From NCBI RefSeq assembly GCF_009914755.1, contig NC_060925.1: a DNA stretch of 64,000 nucleotides. The stretch is one strand, 5' to 3'. How positions within the stretch are numbered: position 1 is the stretch's first letter; the number at the start of each line of letters is the position of its first letter. Below, piece after piece: positions 15,641 to 28,008 of this stretch. The position numbers were made by a program, and so were the translations under genes. Under the pieces are notes generated by a model. That model did not search any database and had not been told where the DNA came from. It saw only the letters and a program-made list of their open reading frames with translations. This DNA comes from the human T2T-CHM13v2.0 reference genome, Homo sapiens.

Positions 15641-17366
15641 AGCGATTACGCATGAAAGCCAACTAGAGATAGAAAAAGGCAAGGAAACCAGTGAGAAGAA
15701 CTTGGGTCTAGCCCCGTTTCTGCCAGATGCCTCTTAGCCGAAGCATTTGATTTCTGAACCTCAGTTTTCTCCTTTTTTCACAGAGTTGCGAAGTAAAATG
15801 AAGGATATAAGAGCCCTGTATAGACTAAAGTGCAAAGGACTTCCCCATAGGCTCTTATGACCAAACAAGACAGAAGCAAAAACATGGTAATAAATGAACA
15901 AACAGATGTTTTCTCAAAGGCTTTAATATTCCAGGTTCCCATCTGGCCTAAGTTTTCATGAGTTCTTTATACTAGGCATCTGGGTGGGAGGTAGTGGGGG
16001 GTAAGAGAAGGAAACATTTTGAAGTAGAATTAGGTCAAAGCTAATCATTACACAGCGTGTAGATTTTGGGAATTTGCTTTTCCTTTTCTCTCTATTCTTA
16101 AAAAGCATTGGAGAAACTGTAGGAGGGAAAGGAAGGAGGGTGGCAGATGTTTCCCCCTCATTCTCTTATTTTATCCTCACAGCAGCCCTTGGAGGTAGGG
16201 ATGATTACCTCCATTTTTCAGAGGTGGAAATGGTTCAGAAAGGTGAAGTCACCCACCGTAGGTATGAATTTGAACTTAGTCCCAACAGATGTTAGATGCC
16301 AGGCTCTTCAGTACACCTCACCAACTCCCAGGAAACATAAAAACATACTCCATTATATTCCATTTGGTATCTGAGCTTCAAAAATTTAAAGGAAGCATAC
16401 AGAGGGTTGAGGGAAGGAATTGTTCCCTCAGGTTAACTCCAAACATTCTTTTTCCCTAAGGGAGGCAACTGTGGTATCAAAAGAACATGGCCATATATGT
16501 AAATACCAAGGATATCTTTAAAGAATACTCAAGAAACTGGTCACAGTGAGTGACTTGAGGGTGGCAGGAGAAGAAACTGGGTCACTTAGGGATAGGGAAG
16601 AGAAAAACTTTCTTTTCATTGTTGGCCTTTTCCTTCATTTCTTTCAATTAATAAACATTTTTAGAGCAGTTTTTACATCACAGCAAAATTAAATGGAAAG
16701 TACAGAAATGTCCCATGTCCCCCATCCCCACACACGGACAACCTCCCCCACTATCAACATTCTGCCCCAGGGTGGTCCATTTGTTACAATCTATGAACCT
16801 ACATTGGCACATCATTATCAACCAAGGTTCATAGTTTACATTAGGGTTCACTCTTGGTGTTGTACACTCTGTGGGTTTTGACGAAAGTGTAACGACATGT
16901 ATCCACCACTGTGTTATCATACAGAGCCGTTTCTCTGCCCTAAGAATCCTCTATGCTCTGTCTGTTCATCCCCTTCTTCCTCTCACCTCTGGCAGCCACT
17001 AATCTTTTTATTGTCTCCATAGTTTTGCCTTTTACAGAATGTCATATAGTTGGAATAATAGAGAATGTAGCCTTTTCAGATTGGCTTCTTTCACCTAGTA
17101 ATATGCATTTAACTTTCCTTCATGTCCTTTCATGGCTTGATAGTTTATTTCTTTTTAATGCTGAGTAATATTCCATTGTTTGGATGCACCACAGTTTATC
17201 CATTCACCTACTGAAGAACATCTTAGATGGTTCCAAGTTTTGACAATCATAATAAAGCTGCTATAAATACCTGTGTGCATGTTTTGTGTGTACTTAAGTT
17301 TTCAACTCCTTTGGGTAAATATCACAGAGTACAAAATGCTGGATCATATGGTAAGATTATGTTTAG

Positions 17367-17739
<373 letters not shown>

Positions 17740-17829
17740 TAATAAGTGTGTAATGCTATCTGTTTATGTTTTAATTTGTAATTTTTGAATGGCATATGAA
17801 AATATGCCCTTGTTGAGCATCTTCCTTCC

Positions 17830-18421
17830 CTTTTTTCTTTAGAGACAGAATATCATTGTGTTGCCCAGGCTGTAGTGCAGTGGCTATTCACAGTATTCAC
17901 AGGTACAATCACAGTGCACTGTAGCCTTGAGCTCTTGGCCTCAAGCAATCCTCCTGCCTCAGCCTCTGAGTAGCTGGAACTATAGACACGTGTTAGGCCA
18001 TTCTTGCATTGCTATAAAGAAATACCTGAGGCTAGGTAATTTATAAAGATAAGAGGTTTAATTGGCTCACAGTTCTGCAAGCTTTACAGGAAGCATGGTG
18101 CTGGCATCTGCTCAGCATCTGGGGAGGCCTCAAGAAGTTTACAATCATGGTGAAAGGTAAAGGGGGACCAGGCACATCACATGGTCAGAGCAGGAGCAAG
18201 AGAGAGAGAGTGAGTGATTGGGGAGGTGCCACACATTTTTAAATGACCAGATCTTATGAGAACTCACTATTACAAAGACAGCACCAAGCCAAGAGGGATC
18301 CACCCCTATGATCCAAACACCTCCCACCAGGCCCCACCTCCAGCATTGGGGATTACAATTCAACATGAGATCTAGGTGGGACAAATATTCAAACTATAAC
18401 AGCATGTGCCACCACACCTGG
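17830..18421 (-). mobile_element. FLAM / Alu monomer interrupted by an MSTA LTR
   Basis: Pieces 17830-17990 and 18402-18421 (gcatgtgccaccacacctgg); ttgagcat on both outer flanks. Confidence 0.8.
17991..18401 (-). mobile_element. MSTA-type MaLR solo LTR
   Basis: tgttaggccattcttgcattgctataaagaaatacctgag...caattcaacatgagat...aaactataaca; 5-bp TSD acacg/gcatg. Confidence 0.9.
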
Positions 18422-18543
18422 TTTGAGCATTTTTTATATGCTTACTTGCCACCTGTATATCTTCTTTGGTAAAGTGTCTGTTCAGGTCTGTTGCCCATGT
18501 TTAAATTGTTTTTTAATTGTTGAGTTTTAAGGGTTCTTTGTAA

Positions 18544-18923
<380 letters not shown>

Positions 18924-19176
18924 CCTCATTCTCTTGATATTGTCTTTCAAAGATAAGTCTTTAATTTTAATAAAGTCCAACTTATCAATTATTTCTTTCA
19001 TAGATTATGTCTTTCATGTTGTATTTTAAAAGTTATCACCATACCCAAGGTCATCTAGGTTTTTTTCTTTTAACTTCTAAAAAATTTATAGTTTTGTGTT
19101 TTACATTTAGGTCTATTATCTATTACAGTTAATTGTTGTGAAAGATGTAAGCTGTGTCTAGATTCTTTTTTTTTTA

Positions 19177-19385
<209 letters not shown>

Positions 19386-19637
19386 TGGATTGTTTTTTGT
19401 ATATATATGTTCATTTGTTCTGACGTATTTTTAAAAGATTGTCTCTGCACTATTGTATTGCCTTTGCTCTTTTGTCAAAGATCAGTTGACTACATTTATG
19501 TGAGTTTATTTCTGGGCTGTCTTTCTGTTCCATTGATCTATTTGTCTAGTCTTTCACCAATACCACAATGTCTTGACAACTGTAGTTTTGTACTATGTCT
19601 TGAAGTTCGGTAATGCCAGTCCCCTGACTTTGATTTT

Positions 19638-19944
19638 TTCTTTTTTTCTTTTTTTCTCTTTTTGAGACTGAATCTCACTCTATCACCCAGGCTGGAGTAC
19701 AGAGGCGGATCTCGGCTCACTGCAACCTCTGCCCCCTGAGTTCAAGTGATTCTCGTGCCTCAGCCTCCTGAGTAGCTGGGTTTACAGGCACCCGCCTCCA
19801 CACCTGGCTAATTTTTGTATTTTTAGTAGAGATGGGGTTTCACCACGTTGGCCAGGCTGGTCTTGAACTCCTAACCTCAAGTGATCTGCCTGCTTCGGAC
19901 TCCCAAAGTGCTGGGATGACAGGTGTAAGCCACTGTGCCTGGCC
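19638..19944 (-). mobile_element. Alu (AluS)
   Basis: TSD gactttgattttt. Confidence 0.96.
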
Positions 19945-20292
19945 GACTTTGATTTTTATTTCAATATTGACTTGGTAATTCTGTGTCTTTTGCCTCCCCA
20001 TATAAACTTTAGACTCAGTTTATCTACATCCACAAAATAACTTGCTGGTATTTTGATTGGATTGTGTTGACTCCACAAATTAAATTGTAAAAAACTGACA
20101 TCTTGACAATATTAAGTCTTCTTATCCATGAACATAGTCTATCTTTCCATTTATTTAGGTTTTTTTTTTGGTACCTTTCATCAGAATTTCATTGTTTTCC
20201 TCCATAGATTTTGAATATAATTTATACTGATTTCATTTTTTAATACCTACATATACAATTTATACATAAGCATTTTTATATCTAAGGGTCTC

Positions 20293-21202
20293 TGTTGCGG
20301 GAAGTCAGTTCTTATCACTTCCCCAATCAATACCCTTGTGATTTCCTATGCCTGTCTTTAATTTAATCTCTTAATCCTGTCAGTTGAGGAGGATGTATGT
20401 CGCCTCAGGACCATGTGATAATTGCGTTAATTGCACAAATTGTACAGCATGTGTGTTTGTGCAATATGAAATCTGAGCACCTTGAAAAAAGAACAGGATA
20501 ACAGCAATTGTTCAGGGAATAAGAGAGATAACCTTAAACTCTGACTGCCGGTGAGCTGGGCAGAACAGAGCCATATTTCTCTTTCAAAAGCAAATGGGAG
20601 AAATATCACTGAATTCTTTTTCTCAGCATGGAATATCCCTGAGAAAGAGAATCTGCACCTAGGGGTAGGTCTCTGAACTGGCCCCCCGGGGCGTACCTGT
20701 CTCTTATGGTCGAGTCTGCAGAGATGAAATACACTCCAGTCTCCCATAGCGCTCCCAGGCTTATTAGGAAGAGGAAATTCCTGCCTAATAAATTTTGGTC
20801 AGACCCATTGATCTCAAAACCCTGTCTCCTGATAAGATGTTATCCATGACAATGGTGCCCAAAACTTCATTAGCAATTTTAATTTCGCCTCAGTCCTGTG
20901 GTCCTGTGATCTTGCCCTGCCTCCACTAGCCTTGTGATATTCTATTACCCTGTTAAGTACTTGATGTCTGTCACCCACACCTATTCGCACACTCTCTCCC
21001 CTTCTGAAAATCCCTAATAAAAACTTGCTGGTTTTTGTGGCTTGTGGGGCATCACGGATCCTACCAATATGTGATGGCTGCCCTGGATGCCCAGCTTTAA
21101 AATTTCTCTCTTTTGTACTCTGTCCCTTTATTTCTCAAGCCGGTCGACGCTTAGGAAAAATAGAAAAGAACCTACATGATTATCAGGGCAGGTCCCCTGA
21201 TA
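20293..21202 (+). mobile_element. MER11 (HERV-K11 / HML-8) solo LTR with 5' internal deletion
   Basis: Starts tgttgcgggaagtcag, ends gggcaggtcccctgata; aataaa at ~21017; 6-bp TSD ggtctc/ggtctg. Confidence 0.92.
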
Positions 21203-21836
21203 GGTCTGTTGTGGGGAGTGCTAATGCAATGGTAATGTGTTTTTAATTTCAAATTTTACTTGTCATATCAGCAATGGTTGGTATATAGGAAAGTGACTGA
21301 CTTTTGTATGTTAACCTTATATCCTGGAGCCTTGTTATACTCAATTATTAGTTCCAGGAGTCTTTTTTTTTTGGTCAATTTTTTCAGATTTCTTACATAG
21401 ACAATCATGTCATCTGTGAACGTGAGCAGTTTTTTTTTTTCCCAATCTGCATATCTTTTACTTATTTTTATTGTCTCGTTAGTTAGGACTTCCAGTACAA
21501 TGCTGAAACACAATGGTGAGAGGGGACATCCTTGCCTTCTTCCTGATCTTAGCAGGACAGCTTTAAGTTTTTCACCATTAAGTATGATATTAACTATAGG
21601 TTTTTTTATAGATGTGTATCAAGTTGAGGAAATTACCCTTTATTTCTAGTTTGCGCTGGGTTTATTATTTTTTTAATTATGCATGGACATTGGATTTTAT
21701 CAAATGCTTTTTCTGCATCTATTGATATGATCATGTGATTTTTCTCCTTTAAGCCAGTTGATGTGATGGGTTACATTAATTGATTTTTGAATGTTAAATC
21801 AGCATTGAATACATGGAATAAATCCCACTTGGTCAT

Positions 21837-22192
21837 GGCTATAGACTGAATATTTGTGTTCCCTAAAATTCCTATGTTGAAACCTCATCCTCAATGTGAA
21901 GGTATTTGGAAATGGGGCTTTGGGAAGTGATTAGGGCATGTGGGCAGAACCCCCATGAATGGGATTAGTGCCCCTAAAACAGAAACCCCAGAGGCTTCAT
22001 TGTCTCTTCTGCCATATAAGGATGTAGCAAAAAGATGGCCATCTGTGAACCAGGAAGCTGGCTCTCACTAGGCACCAAATCTGCTTTCATTTTGATTTTG
22101 GACTTCCCAAATTCCAGAACTGTAAGAATAAATGTTGTTTAAGCCACCCAGTTTATGTTATTTCGTTATAGCGGCCTGAATGGACTAAGACG
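21837..22192 (+). mobile_element. MLT1A0-type MaLR solo LTR
   Basis: gctatagactgaat...gaatgggattagtgccc...tggactaagac; 5-bp TSD gtcat. Confidence 0.88.
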
Positions 22193-22753
22193 GTCATGGT
22201 GTGTAATTAGTTTTATACATTGTTGGAGTTGATTTGCTAATTATTATTGGGAATGTTTGTATCCATGTCATGAGAAATATTGGTTCAAAGTTTTTTTTTT
22301 CTTGTGATGGTTTTGATATCAGGGTAATGGCCTCATTGAATGAGTTAGCAAGCATTCTCTCTACTTCCGTCTTTTGAAAGAGACTATAGAGGAATGGTAT
22401 AAATTTTCCTTAAATGTATGGTAGAACTCACCAATTAACCCATCTGGGCATGTCATGTTTTGTTTCAGAAGGTTATTAATTATTTATTCAACTTCTTTAA
22501 TAGATATATTCAGATTGTCTATTTTTTTCCAGTGTAAGTTTTGGCAGATTATCTCTTTCAAGAAATTGGTCCATTTCATGTAGGTTATCAGATTTGTGGG
22601 TGTAGAATTGTTCATATTATTCTTTTAATGTCCATGGGATCTATAGTGATGTTTCATCTTCAATTTCTGATGTTAATAGTTTGAATCTTCTCTTTTTCTT
22701 AGTCTGGCTAGATACTTACTGATTTTATTGATAATTTCAAAGAACAAGCTTCA

Positions 22754-23060
22754 GGCCGGGTGGGGTGGCTCACATCTGTAATCCCAACAATTTGGGAGGC
22801 CAAGGCAGGCAGATCACTTGAGGTGAGGAGTTCAAGACCAGTCTGGCAAACATGGTGAAACCCCGTCTCTACTGAAAATATAAAAATTAGCCGGGTGCAG
22901 TGGCACGTGCCTGTAGTCCCAGCTACTCAGGAGGCTGAGGCAAGAAAACCTCTTGAACATGGGAGGCGGAGGTTGAAGTGAGCCGAGATCATGCCACCTC
23001 ACTCCAGCCTGGGCGACAAAGCAAGACTGTCTCAAAAAACAAAAACAAAAACAAAAACAA
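22754..23060 (+). mobile_element. Alu (AluS)
   Basis: (CAAAAA)n tail; TSD aaagaac(a/c)agcttc. Confidence 0.96.
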
Positions 23061-23208
23061 AGAACCAGCTTCTAGCTTTGTTTATTTTCTCTATTGCTTT
23101 TCTGTTTTCAATTTCTTTAATTTTTGGTCTAATTTTTATTATTTCTTTTTTTCTGCTTCCTTTGGACTTAATTTGCTCTTTTTCTAGTTTCCAAAGGTGG
23201 ACACTTAG

Positions 23209-23254
23209 TTTTTTTTTAATATTTTTTTGAGACACAGTCTGTCACCCAGGCAGA
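23209..23254 (-). mobile_element. Extremely 5'-truncated Alu (46 bp)
   Basis: T-tail plus gagacacagtctgtcacccaggc between ggacacttag direct repeats (23199-23208, 23255-23264). Confidence 0.85.
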
Positions 23255-23796
23255 GGACACTTAGATTATTGATTTTAGATATATCTTTTTTGGTAATACA
23301 TGCATTCAATGCTATAAATTTTCCCCAAGCAGTGCTTATGCTACATCCTACAACTTTTGATAAGTTGTATTTTCATTTGGCTTAAAATATTTTTTAATTT
23401 CTTTTGAAATTTATTCTCTAACCCATGTGTTATTTTGAAATGTGTTGCTTACTCTCCAAGCATTTTGGTATTTTCCAGCTATCTTTGTTATTAATTTCTA
23501 ATTTTATTGTGGTCTGAGAGCAAACATAATTTCTATTCTTTTCTATTTGTTAAGGTGTATTTTATGGTTCAGAATGTGGTCTATCTTGATGAATGTTCCA
23601 TGTAAGCTTGAGAAGAATGTGTAATCTGCTGTTGTTAGATAAAGTAGTCTACAGATGTCAATTATATCCAGTTGGTTGATGGTGTTGTTGAGCTCATCTA
23701 TGTCCTTACTGATTTTCTGCCTGCTGGATTTGTCCATTTCTAGTAGAAGGGTGCCCTTGTTCTTTGTTCCTATTTTTGTCTTCCACTTTTTCTGGC

Positions 23797-24023
23797 TTTT
23801 TTTTTTTTTTTTTTTTCTTTTGAGATAGGGTCTTGCTCTGTTTCCCTGGCTGGAGTGCAGTGGCATGATCGTAGCTCACTGTAGCCTCAATCTCCTGGGC
23901 TCAAGCCATCCTCCTGCCTCAGCCTCCTGAGTAGCCGCGACTATAGGCATGTACCACAACACCTGGCTTTTTTTTTTTTTTTTTTTTTCTGTAGAGATGA
24001 GGTCTCATTATGTTGCCCGGGCT
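23797..24023 (-). mobile_element. 5'-truncated AluJ
   Basis: gagatagggtcttgctctg...tagctcactgtagcctcaatctcctgggctcaag. Confidence 0.9.
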
Positions 24024-24193
24024 CTTTTGTAGTTTTAACAGAGCATTTTATGTGATTCCATTTTCTCTCCTCTCTTGGCATGTCAGTTGTACTTCTTTTT
24101 TTACTTGTTTTCCTGGTTGCCTTAGAGTTTGGAATATCTATTTATAACTAATCCAAGTCTAATTTCAAATAAAATGAGTAGGGCAAGTATCTT

Positions 24194-24324
24194 TTTTTCC
24201 CTCTGTATAAAAATAGAAATATTTTAATGTTTCTTTTTTTTAAAATTTTACTTTAGGTTCTGGGATACATGTGCAGGATGTGCAGGTTTATTACATAGGT
24301 ATACATGTGCCATGGTGGTTTCCT
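24194..24324 (-). mobile_element. Short L1PA (PA7/PA8-like) 3' end carrying a putative 3' transduction
   Basis: L1 terminus aaattttactttaggttctgggatacatgtgcagg...ccatggtggttt (24234-24324); TSD ggcaagtatctt at 24182-24193 and 24325-24336. Confidence 0.88.
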
Positions 24325-24879
24325 GGCAAGTATCTTATAATAATGGAATATTCCTAATTCCTCTCTTCCATCCCTCATATCATTTCTGTTATTCATTTTA
24401 CTTATACATAAGCATATATAATAAATAATATATATTCATTTATGTGTGCCTATATATTTGACATATGCACATAATATAGGCATAATCAAATACACTGTTG
24501 CTATTATAATTTTTACTAAACTTCTTTGTTAGGCCAATTAAGAATAAGGAAATAAAAGTTTTTATTTTTACCTTCACCTATTCATTGTCTGATACTCTTG
24601 TTTTCTTTGTATAGATCTGAGTTTCTGACCTACATAATTGTCCTTCCCTCTGAAGAACTTCCTTTAATATTTCTTGCAAGGCAGACCAACCAGCAACAAA
24701 TTCCCTCAATTTTTGTTTGTCTGAGAAAGTTTATTTCTCCTTCACTCTTGAAGGATAATTTCACAGGGACAGAATTCTAAGTTGGTGAATTTTTTTCTCT
24801 CAATACTCTAAATATTTCACTTCATTCTCTTCATGCTTGCACGGTTTCTGGTGAGAAGTCAGAGTTCGACATAATTCTT

Positions 24880-25169
24880 TTTTTTTTGAGACGGAATCTC
24901 GCTCTGTCACCCAGGCTGGAGTGCAGTGGTGCAATCTGGGCTCACTGCAACTTTTGCACCCCGGTTTCAGCAATTCTCCTGCCTCAGCCTCCTAAGTAGC
25001 TGGGACTGCAGGTGTGTGCCACTATGCCCGACTAATTTTTGTATTTTTTGGTAGAGATGGGGTTTCTCTGTGTTGGCCAGGCTGGTCTCAAACTTCTGGC
25101 CTCAAGTGATCCACCTGCCTCAGCTTCTCCAAAGTGCTGGGATTACAGGCGTGAGCCACCGCACTTGGC
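24880..25169 (-). mobile_element. Alu (AluS)
   Basis: 19-bp TSD agagttYgaYataattctt. Confidence 0.96.
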
Positions 25170-26621
25170 AAGAGTTTGATATAATTCTTGTCTTTGCTCC
25201 TCTATAGGTGTTTATTTTCTTCCTTCCGGCTTCTATTAAGATTTATTTTTAATCTTTAATTTTCTGAATTCTGAATATGATATGCCCAGGTATAGTTTTG
25301 TTTTGTTTTTGGCATTTATTCTTCTTGCTGTTTTCTGAGATTTCTGGATCTGTGGTTGGGTGAAAAATTATCAGTCATTATTGCTTTAAATATTGCTTCT
25401 GGTTCTTTCTCTCTTTCTTCTCCTGGCATTTCCACTCTACCTATGCTACCCCGTTTGTATTTGTCTCATGGTTCCCGATATCCTTTTTTGGGTTTTTCAA
25501 AATCTTTTTTTTCTGACTGGTTTTCATTTAGGGAGTTTCTATTGTCATATCCTCAAGCTCAGAAATTTTTTCCTTAGCTGTGTCCAGTCTACTGGTGTGC
25601 CCATCAAAGGTATTCATTGCTGTTACTTTTTTTTTTTAATTTCTAGCTATTCCTTCTTATTCTGTCTTAGAGTTTTCATCTCTCTGTTCACATTACCCAT
25701 CTGTTCTTGCATGTTATCTATTTTTTCATTAAAGCCCTTAGCATATTAATCATAGTGTTAAAAATTCCTGTTCTGATAGTTCCAATGTTCCTGCCATATC
25801 TGACTCTGGTTCTGATGCTTGCTCTGTCTTTTCGAACTGTGTTTTTTGTCTTTTAGTATGCTTTGCAATTTTCTGCTGAAAGGTCGACATGATGTACTAG
25901 TTAAAAGGAAACGCAGTAAACAGGCCTCTAGTAATGTGGTAGTCAGATCTGTGGAAAGCAGCAGCACTCTATAGTCCTATGGTTAGCTGAACTTCTCTGG
26001 ACATCAGCTTCTCTGTAGCCCTGGGATAGCTGGATCTCCTTGGACAATCTGTTCCTCATCAGATGTCCACCTCCAAAATCAGTTCCAAATCATAACATAT
26101 TAATTAGATCTTTTTGGAGACATAGCGAAGAAGATACATATAGTATACCACACAGTAGAAACTAAACCAAATTCTTCATCAGCCACTCCTCTTCATCTTG
26201 CCTCACACATTTTTTTTTCCCTGCTAATAATTTTGTTTCTCTTTTTTACCTCTACAACTTCTTAAAACTCATTCTGTTGTCCAGAGCAGTTCATCTCTAC
26301 CCTCAGCTTGTGTATCCCACTCAGCAAAACAAAGACCAAGCAGAAGCCACCTTCCCAGTTCCTGTAAGTATGTCTGTTTTGAAGTGGGACAAGGAGCAGC
26401 CTCAGCTCACCTGGCCACGTGTACACAGGGCTAATTATATGTAACCTGCAAGGATGTTGTGAGGATGAACAGAGCTGGAATTCAGGCCTAAGTTTTCTGA
26501 CCTCAAGTTCAATGTCCCTTTCCTTAGCTATCTCAAGACAACAAAATATTGTACAGCCTTTATTCTTAGAGATTTCCCTGGCTCAAACCCTCCATTTAAC
26601 TGGATTTTTGTAACATTCAAC

Positions 26622-27162
26622 TTTTTTTTTTTTCTTTTTGAGACAGAGTCTCACTCTGTTGCCCAGGCCAGAGTGCAGTGGCGCGATCTTGTCTCATTAC
26701 AACCCCCGCCTCCTGGGTTCAAGTGATTCTCCTGCCTCAGCCTCCCAAGTAGCTGGGACTGCAGGCACATGCCACCACGCCTGGCTAATTTTTTTTTTTT
26801 TTTTTGAGATGGAGTTTCGTTCTTGTTGCCCAGGCTGGAGCGCAATGGCATGATCTCTGCCCACCGCAACTTCTGCCTCCTGAGTTCAAGCGATTCTCCT
26901 GCTTCAGCCTCCTGAGTAGCTGGGATTACAGGCATGTGCTGCCACACTTGGCTAATTTTGTATTTTTAGTAGAGACAGGTTTCTCCATGTTGGTCAGGCT
27001 GGTCTCGAACTCCCAACCTCAGGTGATCTGCCCTCCTCGGCCTCCCAAAGTGCTGGGATAACAGGTGTGAGCCATTTTTGTATTTTTAGTAGAGACGGGA
27101 TTTTGCCATGTTGGCCAGGCTGGTCTCGAACTCCTGCCTCAGGTGATCCACCAAGCCCGGCC
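26622..27162 (-). mobile_element. Compound Alu: AluSp (~26790-27074) inserted in the central linker of an AluS
   Basis: Right arm, then a complete second Alu, then the remaining left arm; outer TSD tgtaacattcaactttt. Confidence 0.9.
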
Positions 27163-27578
27163 TGTAACATTCAACTTTTGGAAGAGACAAAGAATTAGCC
27201 AGGAATGTGAAAATAAAAATTTGATTTCTAGAACATGTGTCAGGGTCAGCACAAATGTATCGCTCTTATTCTCTCTGTATCTGTGATGCCAGCCCATGAG
27301 ACTTCAATTTAGAGTGATGACGCCTGAAGAAGAGTGACATTCTCCCTCATTAAAGAGAGATATTATTATGTTCACTGACCCCTACTTAGGCAAGAATGTG
27401 GGCAGAGATGTTTCAAAAATCATGGGCAAGACTTGAGATGTGATGAGGCTTTCTTCCTAGCCTAGTTTCCCACTTCCTCCCAGGAAGGGAAGGAGATCAG
27501 GGTGACTGAGCCTATCAACGAGGTCTGTAGAGGAGGCAAACGGCCATGGCAGTCAGCATCAGGGTTAGGAGTAGAGTG

Positions 27579-28008
27579 TGTGTTAGTTTCCTAGAGCTGC
27601 CATAGCAAAGTACCACAAACTTGCTGCGTTAAAACAACAGAAATGTACTCTTTCACAATTCTGGAGGCTGGAAGTCTGAAATCAATATGGTGGCAGGGCC
27701 GTGCTCTCTCTGAAGGCTCTAGGAGATCCGTATGTGCTTCTTCCTAGCTTCTTATGGCTGCTGACATTCCTTGGCATTCTTTGGCTTGTAGATGCCTGAC
27801 CCCTATCTCTGCCTCCCTTGTCACACGGCAGGCTTCCTGTGTGTGTCTGTTATCTCTTCTTATAAGGATGACCATCATTGGATCAGGGCCCACCCATCTT
27901 AATTAATTACATCTGCAAAGATCCTATTTCCAATTAAAGCCCCATTCACAGTCCTGGGGGTTAGGACTTTAACGTATCTTTTTGGGGAACAAAATTCAGC
28001 CCACAATA
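27579..28008 (-). mobile_element. MLT1B/C-type MaLR LTR
   Basis: tgtgttagtttcctagagctgccatagcaaagtaccacaaac...aattcagcccacaata. Confidence 0.85.

Noticed and set aside
21203-21225. Apparent second MER11 start (tgttgtggggagtg) right after the LTR, suggesting a tandem LTR
   Set aside because: Similarity is only ~12 nt and the sequence continues as host L1M (gtgctaatgcaatggt); most likely coincidence.
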